Shown: positions 24,601 through 37,229 of the stretch, piece after piece | Numbering within the stretch: the stretch's first letter is position 1 | Layout of the letters: every line of letters starts with the position of its first letter | Origin: Macrostomum lignano | Taxonomy: Eukaryota | Assembly (NCBI GenBank): GCA_002269645.1 | Contig: NIVC01001817.1 | Coordinates: 170,167 to 234,166 of the forward strand | Direction of reading: 5' to 3' | Length of the DNA stretch: 64,000 bases | Translations under genes and position numbers: made by a program | Notes under the pieces: generated by a model | Seen by the model: the letters and a program-made list of their open reading frames with translations, nothing else | Database searches by the model: none | Told to the model about the DNA's origin: nothing

Positions 24601-25368
24601 CGTTTCCTTGAGTCAGACTCAAACTTCAGTATCTTCAATACCAATTAGGTCAAGTTATATTGAACCAAAGAAATTAAATTTTATCCGACATAGTTCCCGT
24701 TTGTCTTTAACTTATTACTAACAAAAGGTGTTTTCCTAAGAAAATGCGTGTTGAGTTCATTTCCTTCATTTATTTATGAACTTGTTAATCTATATTTTTT
24801 CATTTACTGTACACCGGAGCCCTCTGTTCGTAATAATCTATCTGGCGTGTTTTAATTCCACTAGTTGGTCCCGCGCTTGTATGACAACACGCATAGGTAT
24901 TCGTATACTTAAAGATTCTCATTTTCAGTGTATACTTTATTTCGAATAGTCTGTATTTGTGCAGCACTAAACATTGTGAGAATTGTATTGATTTTATTTC
25001 CTTTAGTCATTAATATTACTACATGTATGTCTAATTTTGCATGTACACAGAGGCAACAGATAAAACCGCTTCTCAGCTATACGAATATATACTCTTGTTT
25101 CCTCATATTTTCATTCATTTTGTTAAATATTATTGATTTCATTCATTTATAGAGAGAGCGGTATAGAGCTGTCTAATAGTTTTTAGTGCTGTTTTGTCTT
25201 GAAGTCAATTTTTTAAAATACATTCATTGAGACTTCTTCCTCCACTAAATGGTTCTTGTTTGTATAATTATTTGTTTAGCATATGTCAGGTAGATGTCAT
25301 TGAGTTAGTTTTTGTCTTGGAGCAACTTAGAGAGACTTGAAACTTATATCAACACAATGCATGTCGCC

Positions 25369-28300
25369 ATGGAGCTGCACGGAGCGGCGGCAGCCCCAAA
25401 CGAATCTGCGGTATTATTGAGTAGCCAATCTCAAACTGCAGAGAACTTGCAACATCACTCTGAGCAGTCGCCTGATCGGGGCAGCGAACCAGAGCAAGCC
25501 GTTCAGGAAGATGATGAAGGCAACTCTGAAGTTAACGAAGATTCAGAAGAGACAGGGCAACACGAGGCTGAGACCTCCTTAGATGAGTCGGGAAGTCAGC
25601 CGCATGAGGACACAATGCCAGCAGAGCAAGAGGAAGAGGTTGAGGAAGAAGAAGCAGATCACGAAGATGAGGAGGAGGCAGAGCACGAGGATGAAGAAGA
25701 GGTAGAGCAGGAGGATGAAGAGGAGGCAGAGCAGGATGAAGAGGAGGCAGAACAGGAGGATGAAGAAGAGGCAGAGCACGCGGATGAGGAGGAGGCAGAT
25801 CAAGAAGATGCAGAAGAGGCAGGCAATGATACAAAAGACGAATCAACCGATTCAAGCTCGTCAGACAGCGATAGCGGCCCCTCAACCGATGGTGAATCGG
25901 CGAATTTGCGTCACAAATGCGAACAGTGCAACAAATCTTTTGTCTCCAAACGAAATTTAACAGTACACAAACGGGTGCACAGCGGAGAAAAGCCGTTCCA
26001 GTGCAACATTTGTCAGAAACGGTTCACACAGAGGGCTCACATGAGAAGGCACATCGAAGCGGTGCACAAGGACGAATCTGAGCAGCAGAGCGACTCAGGC
26101 GATGCCCGTCGCCGCCGCCGCGGTGGCGGCAGAAAAAAGTCGTCAACTGACGTAAAGAAACACGAATGCGAGCAGTGCGGTAAAAAGTTCCGATGGAAAG
26201 CGGCGTTGGAGGTTCACTTCCGGGTGCACAGCGGCGAGAAGCCCTACCAATGCGAGGAGTGTCCAAAAAAATTTGCCCGGCCCAGTCACCTGCAGGGTCA
26301 CGTGGCCGCGGTGCACAAGAAGGAGAAGCCGCACAAATGCCAGCACTGCGACAAAGCATTTGCCGATCCGAGCGCTCTGAGAGTTCATACTCGAACTCAT
26401 ACGGGCGAAAAACCATACGAGTGTAAAGTGTGCCACAAGAAGTTTAATCTGTCCAGTCAGCTGAGGGTGCACTTCAGGCTGCACACGGGAGAGAAACCGT
26501 TTCAATGCAACGTTTGCGGCAAGCGGTTTAGCCAGTCTAGCACTCTGTTCTCTCATTTGAAGAGTAAAACTGGTAAGAAATCCCATTGTTTGTGTGAAGT
26601 TTTACTTACTACGGTTCAGAAAGGGTTTTGTATTTGGTGCTAGGCCTAAGAGTGTTGTGGCCTTGTGGTTAAAAGCGTTGGACTTACGACTGAAAGGTTG
26701 AGGGTTCGATCCTCGACTCATTTTCGAACAATTTGTGTCCTTGAGCAAGGCGCTTAACTCTGCATTGCTTCGGTTGTCCTAGCTGTTAAATGGGTGCCAG
26801 CATTAGCTGGGGTAATTGAGGTTGAGTGTGGCGACCCCCCAGTCCTTGGACTGAACAGCCGTACGCAGCCTTCACAGATGCGTCGCGCAATCGCTGCGGC
26901 TGAGCTGTCGGTTGCACACCTGGCTGAATAATATAGAAGGGCGTTCTCCGGCTGGTGACTAGGGGAGGGGGCGCTGTATGTGCGATAAAGTATGTGCCTT
27001 GAGAAGTTGAGAAAGACTGTGTATAGAGGGTCTTCTACGAGTAATTAATCGCTGTGCTACTACTATCGGTGTAAATCTTATTTCAGTCCACGTGCGCCGC
27101 AACGAGCCTACAGTACAAATCTATTACGCTCCTGTCGCGCCTCCGCAAGCAAATTTCTCCGCCGTGCAAAATGTACCGCCACAGCCGCCGCCGCCGCCAC
27201 CGCCGCCACAACCGCCGCTGCAGGCGCAGTACATGCCAAATTTGCAGCCTAGCGGAGCTAACAACTGCGAATTGATGCCAGATTTATTGGAGACACTATA
27301 CGTGTCTGAAATGATGTCAGCCGGCGCGATGCCGCCTAGCCATCAACAGCAGCCGGTTAATAATTTTGTAATCAGCGGCGGCGCTGCTGACCAGCAGATG
27401 TCGGCGGTGATGCAGAACGGACCGCCGCCGCAGGCTAATCTGGCTAGCAGTAGCTACAGTGCGGGCGCGCCTGTAATCATAACTCGCTACCGATGCGCTC
27501 ACTGCATTAAGACCTTCTCTAGCCAGGCAGACCTGGAGAAGCACCAGCGAGTGCACAGTGCCGACCGGCCCTACCACTGCAACATGTGCGACAAGCGGTT
27601 CCTGAAGTCCAGCCATCTGCGAATCCACATTGCCGGGGTGCACAACAAGGAGCGACCGTTCACCTGTCAGTACTGCGGCGGAGGCTTCGCCGACCGCGGC
27701 ACGCTCAACGTGCACATTCGCAAGCACACGGACGAACGGCCCTACCAGTGCAAGATGTGCGGTAAACGGTTCAAAAGCTCCAGCCAGGTCAGCACCCATT
27801 CGAGGATTCACACGGGCGAAAAACCGTTTAAGTGTCATCTGTGCGGTATGCAGTTCCGCATGTCTGGCCATCTGAACTATCATCTGAGGCGGCATAGCAA
27901 GGGTGAGTAGCTGTTTTTTGATATTTTGTAGCACTGCACCAAAGCTGCAGACAAAGCTGTTTGGCCTTATAAATCCGGGAATCCGATCTTACAAAAAAAG
28001 GAAATTTAGTCCTGTTAGCTTTTGTGAACTAGAAATCTTATCCGTTAGCCGTATTTGCCAAACTTTTTTCAGGACTAGCTGTCCAGCAGTACCAGCCGTC
28101 GCCAGAAGTTATGCCCGGTCCTAATCCGACACCGCAAGACTTGCATCAGCAACACCAACAGCATCAGCAGCACCAACAGCACCAGCAACACCAACCGCAT
28201 CAGCAACATCAACAGCACCAACAGCATCAGCAACATCAGCAGCACCAACAGCACCAGAACCAGCAGCATCAGCATCAGCAGCATCATCATCAGTTACCCT

Positions 28301-30095
28301 CCGAGCTGGAAATCAGTAACTTTGTGCTCAATAGCATGCCTATGGCGCCTATGCAGCAGCAGCAGCAAAATATACCAAACATGAATGTTCCTAGCACTAG
28401 CGGCAGCAACTTCAATGATGCTGCTGCTGCTGCTGTTGCTCCGCCACCTGCCGCCGTTGAGTCCCGTTTCCGTTGCCTCAGCTGCATCAAGTCGTTTGCA
28501 AACCAGGCAGACCTGGAGAAGCACCAGCGAGTGCACAGTGCCAACAGGCCCTACCACTGCAACATGTGCGACAAGCGGTTCCTGAAGTCCAGCCATCTTC
28601 GAATCCACATTGCCGGGGTGCACAACAAGGAGCGACCGTTCACTTGTCAGTACTGCGGCGGAGGCTTCGCCGACCGCGGCACGCTCAACGTGCACATTCG
28701 CAAGCACACGGACGAACGGCCCTACCAGTGCAAGGTGTGCTTGAAACGGTTCAAAAGCTCCAGCCAGGTCAGCACCCATTCGAGAATTCACACGGGCGAA
28801 AAACCGTTCAAGTGCAACGTGTGCGGTATGCAGTTCCGCATGTCTGGCCATCTCACCTATCATCTGAGGCGGCACAACAAGCGTGAGTAGCTTTATAATT
28901 GTCAACGTTATCACACAGTCAACTTAGGTTCCACAGGATCGATTTCGTGTTTGTGCCTGCGTACGTATCCGTGTGCTTTGATTTTACGTTCAGAAGCTGG
29001 TTGAGATTGTAGGCCCAGTTGAAATACCTGCTGTTACAATAGTGATTACGTGTTGGTTTCGTTCCAGCGCCTGTACAGCCGCCAGAAGTAGCTCAGGGCA
29101 TGCTTCAGCATGCGGCCGACAATGCGCCCTCAATAGGTCAGCAGCAGTTGCAAGGTGCTGGTCAAGCCCAGCCTGACTCCTCTCTGAACGATGGCGATTC
29201 ACCAGCGGGTCATCATTCAGCTCATGCCGCCGCGTCAAGCAGCTATAAGCCGAAGAAGAAGAACTCAAAACAGACTGACTCTGAAGATGAAGACGATTCC
29301 GTTGATCTTGACAACGATTCGGACTCCGACAGGCCAGTCAAGCGTCGGCGTCACCGATGCGATGAATGCGGCAAGAGCTTTGCTACTAAGCAAACTTTGA
29401 AAGTGCACCGTCGAGTTCACAGCGAGGATAGCAAGCCGTACGAATGCGACACTTGTGACAAACGTTTCTCCCAGTCTGGCCATCTCAAGCGCCACATGGA
29501 GGTGGTGCATAAGAAGACTCTAACTTCGACGTCTTCTAGAAAGAAATCTAGCTCAGGTAAAGCTGGCAAATCGGTGAAAAAGAAGCACCGCTGCGAGCAC
29601 TGCGGCAAGACGTTCCCGTGGAGGACAGCGTTGGAGGTTCACCTCCGGGTGCACAGCGGCGAGAAGCCCTACCAATGCGAGGAGTGTCCAAAGAAATTTG
29701 CCAGGCCCAGTCACCTGCAGGGTCACGTGGCCGCAGTGCACAAGAAGGAGAGGCCGCACAAATGCCAGCACTGCGACAAAGCATTTGCCGATCCGAGCGC
29801 TCTGAGAGTTCATACTCGAACTCATACGGGTGAAAAACCCTACCAGTGTAAAGTGTGCGGCAAACGATTTAATCTGTCTGGCCAGCTGACCAGCCACAAT
29901 AGGCTGCACACTGGCGAACGGCCTTTTCAATGCAACGTTTGCGGCAAACGGTTCGGCCATTCCGGCAGCCTGTCCACTCACGCCAGGGTGCACACCGGTG
30001 AACGGCCCTACCAGTGCCAGGTGTGCGGCAAACGGTTCACCCAGAATAGCGGACTGACCACGCACTCTAAAGTGCATTTGAAGCAGCAGAATTGA
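25369..30095 (+). CDS. Multi-array C2H2 zinc-finger protein, gene 1 (4 exons, ~1285 aa, 25 fingers: 7+5+5+8)
   Basis: join(25369-26572,27087-27902,28073-28882,29068-30095) = 3858 nt. All introns are GT-AG, phase 1, in frame with the ORF track. TGEKP-type linkers; acidic E/D-rich N-terminus starting MELH (start could be 25357). I see no KRAB/BTB/ZAD/SCAN domain. The exons could alternatively be annotated as separate ORFs. Confidence 0.82.
26650..26925 (+). mobile_element. tRNA-headed CORE-type SINE in ZF gene 1 intron 1
   Basis: A box tggccttgtgg and B box ggttcgatcc, followed by tgtgtccttgagcaaggcgcttaactct...gctgttaaatggg, which aligns with the CORE/MIR central domain. Two more copies lie in the window. 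Confidence 0.82.
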
Positions 30096-30784
30096 ATTAA
30101 TAACTAATGCCTTCTGTGGCTCATTGCGCTATTCTTCTATTACTTATCAGTTTGTAACTATTGCTAGGTGGTACTTAAGTACATTTTAATTTGAGTTGTT
30201 GTTTATCATGGTTATAAAAAATGCACCTAAGCCCTTAGCTATGATATACTGTACTTGCTGTATGCCTTGTTTTGTTCGTATTGCTACACTTGATCTGCTT
30301 TATTTTCTCTCTGTTTATATACACTCGTATATAGGCACAGTTTTTGCTATTTCCCATTGTCTATTATCTTCTACCTACGAAGTAAGCAGCATCTTTGTTT
30401 TGCTTTTTTTATTGATACGTTTTATTGTCGACTCATCCCCAATGTTTATTTTTTTAATCACGTCGCTTATATCTCATCGCACTTAGGTTGCGATGCACTT
30501 TTATTTATAATTATCTCTGCTTGTTAACGGAGAAAGGTTTAGTATAAGCAGCTTAGCAAAAATATTTATTATATACTGCTGACTCGCAAAAGTTGCATGC
30601 CTGTTTATACATTCATTACGATACGGTTTTGCTTGTCACTGTAAGCAGTGAAAATTATACTAATTTTTTTTTGTCCTGCTACAATTTTGCGTATATTTTT
30701 TCCATTATTTACTCTGTATATGCACGAGTATTTAATTTTGTTCTGGCTAGCGCGATATAAATAAAACTCTAAAATTAAAAAGCT

Positions 30785-30965
30785 TCTATAGTCTATGGCC
30801 GGGCGAAAGTGGGGGGGGGGTCGTTCCACCCCTCCTCGCTTCTTTCACTGCACTTGTCTATGGCCGCGACAGACCGGCTTCGGCCACGCTTATGGGAATG
30901 AATGAAGGAATACTCTGGATTGCTCATCTGAAATAGTCTATGGTCGAGTTCTTTCCTCCAAACTT
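30785..30965. mobile_element. Fragment of the gtctatggcc-motif element family also found at ~6140-7330
   Basis: ggcttcggccacgcttatggga is the reverse complement of tcccataagcgtggccaaagcc (~6168); three gtctatgg(c/t) motifs. Confidence 0.65.
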
Positions 30966-32055
30966 GGAATTTACCCCCCCCCCCTAGGAATCTATTGGCT
31001 GATGAAAGTTAAAAATAATCCCCCGTAGGACTTGATTGGATGCTGAATCAGTCCATCAAATACATCTTTGGATTTCCCTCAAATTTTCAGCAGCTAGACA
31101 TGCTTGTAGGTAGAAACGTCTAAATAAAGCATCACGCTGTTGCCTGCGGACGTCTCACCGGCCCTGATCATTAATGGAGACTGGAATGGGCGACCGGTCT
31201 GAGCCCTAACTGGTTTTGTTTTTGATTTAGTAGCGAGGGTTGAAATTACGTCTCCTATTGCTGTATTCTTTCATCCATGCTTATGGGTCTCAAAGACAAA
31301 GAACTTTAAAAGATGGTTCAGGCCATTCTCGAGGGATTGCAACTTTCTTTTTCTTTAAATTCGATTATCTTTTTGTGTATTTTTCCTTTGCATGCCTGAT
31401 GTAGCTATGCGCTTGTTATGCGAAGCAATTTTTTAATAAAACTATAGTTTTTTTAGTTAAACTTTTATGCTTAAGATGTCCTTAACTCTTCTGGGAGCTA
31501 TCTATTGTTACTATCATAATTTTTTACTTCACTTTTAACTTATTTTCATTGGCTATTTGTTTTATTGAATAGACTTGCTTGCTTGCGTGTTGTCTACGAG
31601 TAAAACTAAGTGGGTTTTTTCTCTGCAAAGCGTCTTTTCTCTAAAAAATTCTATAAAAAGCTGTATTCTCGTATACACACCCTCTGGTTTTTTTGTTATA
31701 GTTTGCGTGCTTCTAGTGCAAAAACAACTTATTTAACTATAATCGACTATTTTGCGTTAGTAATTTGTACGTACTTCATAGTTATAGTATTGCACCTTGC
31801 GTGAATTAGCAGGAATTAATTCAAACTGTCTGCTATAATTACACTTTATTGCTCGTATATATATGACTGCATATTGTAGTGCAAAAATATACATTATGGA
31901 CAAATAAATGCGTCATTTCGTTACTTATTTTTCAGTTTTATTCTAATAGAAACTCCGAAACAAAAGTAGGAATTTTCTCGCATATGAGTATAAAGCCCTC
32001 TAATGACTGAAGCGACTACTTACGCCATTGCGTCACTAGTAAATCAAAATTTGAA

Positions 32056-32326
32056 CCTCTGTAGCTGGCGCCCCCTCTTTAGCTGTCGCCCCCTCTGTAG
32101 CTGGCGCCCCCTCTTTAGCTGGCGCCCCCTCTGTAGCTGGCGCCCCCTCTGTAGCTGGCGCCCCCTCTGTAGATGGCACCCCCTCTGTAGCTGACGCCCC
32201 CTCTGTAGTTGGCTCCCGATCTGTAGCTGGCGCCCCCTCTGTAGCTGGCGCCCCCTCTGTAGCTGGCGCCCCCCTCTGTAGCTGGCGCCCCCTCTGTAGC
32301 TGGCGCCCCCTCTGTAGCTGGCGCCC
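32056..32326. repeat. 18/19-bp minisatellite (ctgtagctggcgccccct) ~280 bp upstream of ZF gene 2
   Basis: Direct tandem repeat, about 15 units. Confidence 0.95.
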
Positions 32327-32602
32327 TCCTCGGATAAAATTTCAAACACTTCCTGACCGAGTTTGGCATCCCCCACCGTCACGCAGCATTTCCAAGATGA
32401 GGCCCGCATTAGTTTTTGGAGGGAAGTCATCCTTTTAAATTTTAAGGCTGAGGAATACCTTCACACACCGGAACTTCTACTTTCCGCTTTCCGATCTTCA
32501 ACTTTCCTCAAACTTTCTATTCACGTGATGTCAAAAGCTACCCGTATTTAAAGGACGACAACAACAGCTGCAGTTTATTTATTTATTTGCATTCATGCTC
32601 TG

Positions 32603-35600
32603 ATGGAGCTGCATGAAACTGCGGCAGCGGAATCTCTGCCAGCGAATCCCAATCCCAAGTCGGCATTAGTTTATCAAAATTCTGTAAACTCCGAGTCGAA
32701 CTGCGAAGTCGAATGTAGTTCAGAAGTAGGTCAAGCCGACGATAGAAGCTCCTCCGAAGCTAGCGAAGAGGCTGAACAATCCAAGTCCTCTGTGAACGAG
32801 TCTGCAAATCAGTCGCCGGAAGAGGTCACAATAGAACAGGAAGATAATGATGAGAGTGAGGCAAGCGGCTCTGAGCACAGTAAATCTGACGAAAGCTCAG
32901 TGGATATTAAAAGAAAAAAAAGGGTTAAGCGACCGAAGCCGCGTCACCAGTGCGAGCAGTGCGGCAAGTTCTTTGCTTCGAAGAAGAATTTAAAAGTCCA
33001 CTATCGCGTGCATAGCGGCGAGCGGCCATATCAGTGCGAGTATTGCCAGAAACGATTCACTCAGATGGGTCATCTGAAGTCTCACACTGAAGCTAAGCAC
33101 GCTGATAAACTTCAGGAATCTGGCGCTGCTGGAGATGCTAATACAAAAGCTAAAAAGCTCTACCAATGCGTAGAGTGCGACAAAACTTTTCCTTGGAAGA
33201 ATGCATTAGATATTCATTTTCGAGTTCACTCCGGCGAACGGCCGTTTAAATGCATCGAGTGCCCGAAGAAGTTCACTCGGCTAAGTCACCTGCAGGGTCA
33301 CGTGGCCGCCGTGCACAAGAAGGAGAAGCCGCACAAATGCCAGCACTGCGACAAAGCATTTGCCGATTCTTGCTCCCTTCGAGTTCACACTAGAACGCAC
33401 ACGGGCGACAAGCCCTACCAGTGCAAAGTGTGCGACAAGAAATTCAGTCTGTCTAGTCAACTGACTCGTCACTCGAGGCTGCACACTGGCGAAAAACCCT
33501 ACCAGTGCAATAGATGCGAAAAACGATTTAATCAGCCAAGCAGTCTAGCCAGTCACTTGAGAACGCATACTGGCGAAAAACCTTACCAGTGCACACTGTG
33601 CGGCAAAGGCTTCACTCAGTCTGGCAGCCTTGCTAATCATTTAAGGAGTCACACTGGTGAGTCGACTGTTAAATTTGAGTGTTGCGTTGTGTTGGAGAAA
33701 CACCAAGTCAGATGAACGCAAAGGTTATTAATGAACTGGAATTTACGAAACACTGATGACAAACAGTAGAGAACTCTGCAAAGATACACCTGACACCTTT
33801 GAAATGATATGCTCAGCAACATTGAAAAGTCGCCACTCTTTGCTCCAGTGAGCAGGTCTTTCGACCAGCGCCTCCCGTCCAAGCTTCGATCCATCCAATC
33901 TTCGCCCTCCGCTCTTCCCAAATATTGTTGAGTAAATTTATTAGTTCAGAATTTAAGTGCACCCTGTCACAGTTTAGATTAGCAAACTATCTAAATATTG
34001 ACCTGCGAGACATTGAGAACTGCGTGACCCAATTCGCTGCTTTTTTTCACCTGACAGCGTACTTTGTTGTTTTTGTTGTTGTGACCCAAGATCACTAACG
34101 AGAACAGGACCTGCCGAAAGTGCCATGTAGAGGTAGAAAGTTCACGTCCTGTTTAAGTGTAGTTGGAACTTCTATAGTGCTTCCCGTGATAAATTTGAAT
34201 AGGAGGTCCCAGATAAAGTTAGGAATTTAAAAAATCTTACAGCAGATGATTAAATATTTCGCCTACTGACTCAAGAAAATATATACGTAATGGAAATTGA
34301 GGCAAAATCCATCAAAGACATGACCCTAGCCACAATGCAAATGTCATGAAGCTTCATTCCGAATACAAGCTTAAATACTATGTTTGCGCAAGATACTTTA
34401 TTTTGACTCTCTATGTCGGGAATTGTAGCCTAGTAGTTGAAGCTTTGAAGCCCAACAGCTTCCTATTTCTAAACAAATCCGAAAACCTCGAGCCGTACTT
34501 CCTACCATTAACTATTTAAACTACTGACCGCTACTAATAGTAGGGTAATTGAAAAAACTTGACTTCTTCGACAAATTCCATGAAAAATCTTTGTTGTTGT
34601 CGGATTGACTCCTGATGCCAATCCAATTTCAACTTATGCTTGTATAATATTTCAGAAAACGTGCAGCACAATGAAGCGACAGCTGCGTCAGCATTTTACG
34701 TCCCCAACGCGCAGCCGCATCAGTCGAGTTTTCCTATGCCGAACGCTCCTCCCCCGCCGCCGCTGCCGCCGCCACACTTCATACCGGATCTGCAACCAAG
34801 TGCAGCAAATCATAGCGATCTTGTGCCAGACCTGCTAGAGACTTTGTACGTGTCCGAGATGATGCCAGCAGGTGCGATTAATAGTTTCGTACTCAGCGGC
34901 GAGTTAATGAGCTCCGTTGCTATGCCGAATGGACCGAGCTCCGGAGCTGGAGCTTCTACGATTGAATCGCGTCTCCGATGCGGCCACTGCGTCAAGACGT
35001 TCTCTAACGAGGCCGACCTGGAGAAGCACCAGCGAGTGCACAGCGCCGAACGGCCGTTCCCCTGCGAACTGTGCGACAAGCGTTTCATGCGGGCCAGCCA
35101 CCTGAGAATCCACATCAACGGGGTGCACAAGAAGGAGAAGCCGTTCTGCTGCCAGTACTGCGGCAGAGGCTTCGCCGACCGCGGCACGTTGAACGTCCAC
35201 ATCCGGAGTCACACCGGGGAGCGTCCGTTCCCGTGCAAGGTGTGCGGCAAGAGGTTCCGAAACTCCAGCCATCTCAGCAATCACTCCAGACTGCACACTG
35301 GTGAAAAACCGTTCAACTGCGACGTGTGCGGCAAGCAGTTCCGACTGTCCGGTCATCTTGCCTATCATTCGAGGCAGCACAAACGTAGGTTCACCATTTA
35401 TTTTCATTGTTCTAATCTATATCGTTTCTTTGAAACTGTACTTAGTTTTTATCGACAGCATTATTATACAGATTGGCTCGTACTTTTTGTTTAGTTCAAA
35501 CAGAGTGAAATATTTTATACATCCAGGTCAGGACGCCGCTCCTAACGAAGGCACAGAGCACACTGAGGAGCAGGCCCTAAATCTTCCCAATAATGAGGCG

Positions 35601-37229
35601 CATTATTCTGGAGACTTGGAAGACAATTCGCACGAAGACGACTGCGATTCAGATCCTGGTTGCGTAGAGGAGCGGCACTGTTTGGCGCACGATGCCAACC
35701 AGCCGGGCCCATCCAATGCGGTCTCTATTGAGCAATCGGGTGTTCCAATGCCCAGCCAGCAAGAGATTAACACTTTCGTGCTCAACGGCATGCCCGCAAT
35801 GACAGTGGCGTCAGCTCAGAACGGGTTGGTGGTTGCTAATCCAGCTGATAGCATCAGCAATGCCAGCTTCAATGCTGTCCCGCCAGCTGTAGTGGAGCCT
35901 CGCTACCGATGCGGCCACTGCGTCAAGACGTTCTCTAACGAGGCCGACCTGGAGAAGCACCAGCGAGTGCACAGCGCCGAACGGCCGTTCCCCTGCGAAC
36001 TGTGCGACAAGCGGTTTATGCGGGCCAGCCACCTGAGAATCCACATCAACGGGGTGCACAAGAAGGAGAAGCCGTTCTGCTGCCAGTACTGCGGCAGAGG
36101 CTTCGCCGACCGCGGCACGTTGAACGTCCACATCCGGAGTCACACCGGGGAGCGTCCGTTCCCGTGCAAGGTGTGCGGCAAGAGGTTCCGAAACTCCAGC
36201 CATCTCAGCAAGCATTGGCGAATTCACACCGGAGAAAAACCTTTTAAATGCGACGTGTGCGGCAAGCAGTTCCGACTGTCCAGCCATCTCACCTACCATT
36301 CAATTCGGCACAAATGTAAGACGCTTGTATTGTAGCTCAGATTACATTTTTAACTCCAATTTGTGCTTAGATATAGTGTAGCGTTCATTTTTTTAGTTCC
36401 TACCAAGCGACGTTACGCGGCCGCTAATCAAGCTCAGCCGACTCAACAGCAGCAATCAGGTGCTGGCCCGTCCCGGCTTGCTCCACTGCCCGACGAAGAA
36501 TCGACCAGGAACTCGTTGGAAGATGGCGAACAGGAAGAGACGCAACCAACGGAGGTACATTCGACAGCGAAGTCTAGCAGGAAGAAGGCTTCAAGCCGGC
36601 CTAAGAAGGCTAAAGATAATTCCTCGACAGCAAAGAAGCGCTACCCATGCGAGCACTGCGAGAAAAGCTTCATGTGGAAGAGCGATCTAAGACGTCATAT
36701 CAGAGTGCACAGCGGCGAGCGGCCGTTCGAGTGCGATACCTGCCAGAAAGGCTTCACCAGGCTGAGCCATCTGCAGGGTCACATCGCGGCTGTGCACCGG
36801 AAGGAGACGCCGCACAAGTGCCAGCACTGCGACAAATCATTCGCCGACGCGTGCGGTCTAAGGGCGCACGTACGGACGCACACGGGTGAAAAGCCCTACC
36901 AGTGTAACGTGTGCAACAAGCGGTTCGCTCTGTCTGGTCAATTGAGCACTCACACTAGAGTGCACACTGGTGAGCGGCCTTATCAGTGCAAAGTGTGCGA
37001 CAAACGATTCATTAGCTCAGGTCAGCTCACCTGTCATTCAAGACTGCACACCGGTGAGCGACCCTACGAATGCAACGAGTGCGGTAGGAAATTCAGCCAA
37101 TCGTACAGTCTGAACTATCACAAGATGGTGCACTCGGGTGAAAAACCCTTCCAATGCGAAGTGTGCGGCATGCGGTTCATCAGATCGGACAGTCTGCTAA
37201 TGCACTCCACCACTGTACACGCCAAGTGA
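32603..37229 (+). CDS. Multi-array C2H2 zinc-finger protein, gene 2 (4 exons, 1134 aa, 25 fingers: 8+5+5+7), paralog of gene 1
   Basis: join(32603-33656,34656-35384,35527-36315,36397-37229) = 3405 nt; all introns GT-AG, phase 1. It starts MELH like gene 1 and shares spacer motifs with it ([13 protein letters not shown]; FVLxG). Confidence 0.82.

Noticed and set aside
26650-26720. tRNA gene
   Set aside because: No acceptor stem, and it continues into a CORE domain shared with two other copies, so it is a SINE head.
25532-36300. Antisense and alternative-frame ORFs overlapping the ZF exons
   Set aside because: Shadow frames expected from GC-rich, repetitive zinc-finger codon usage.
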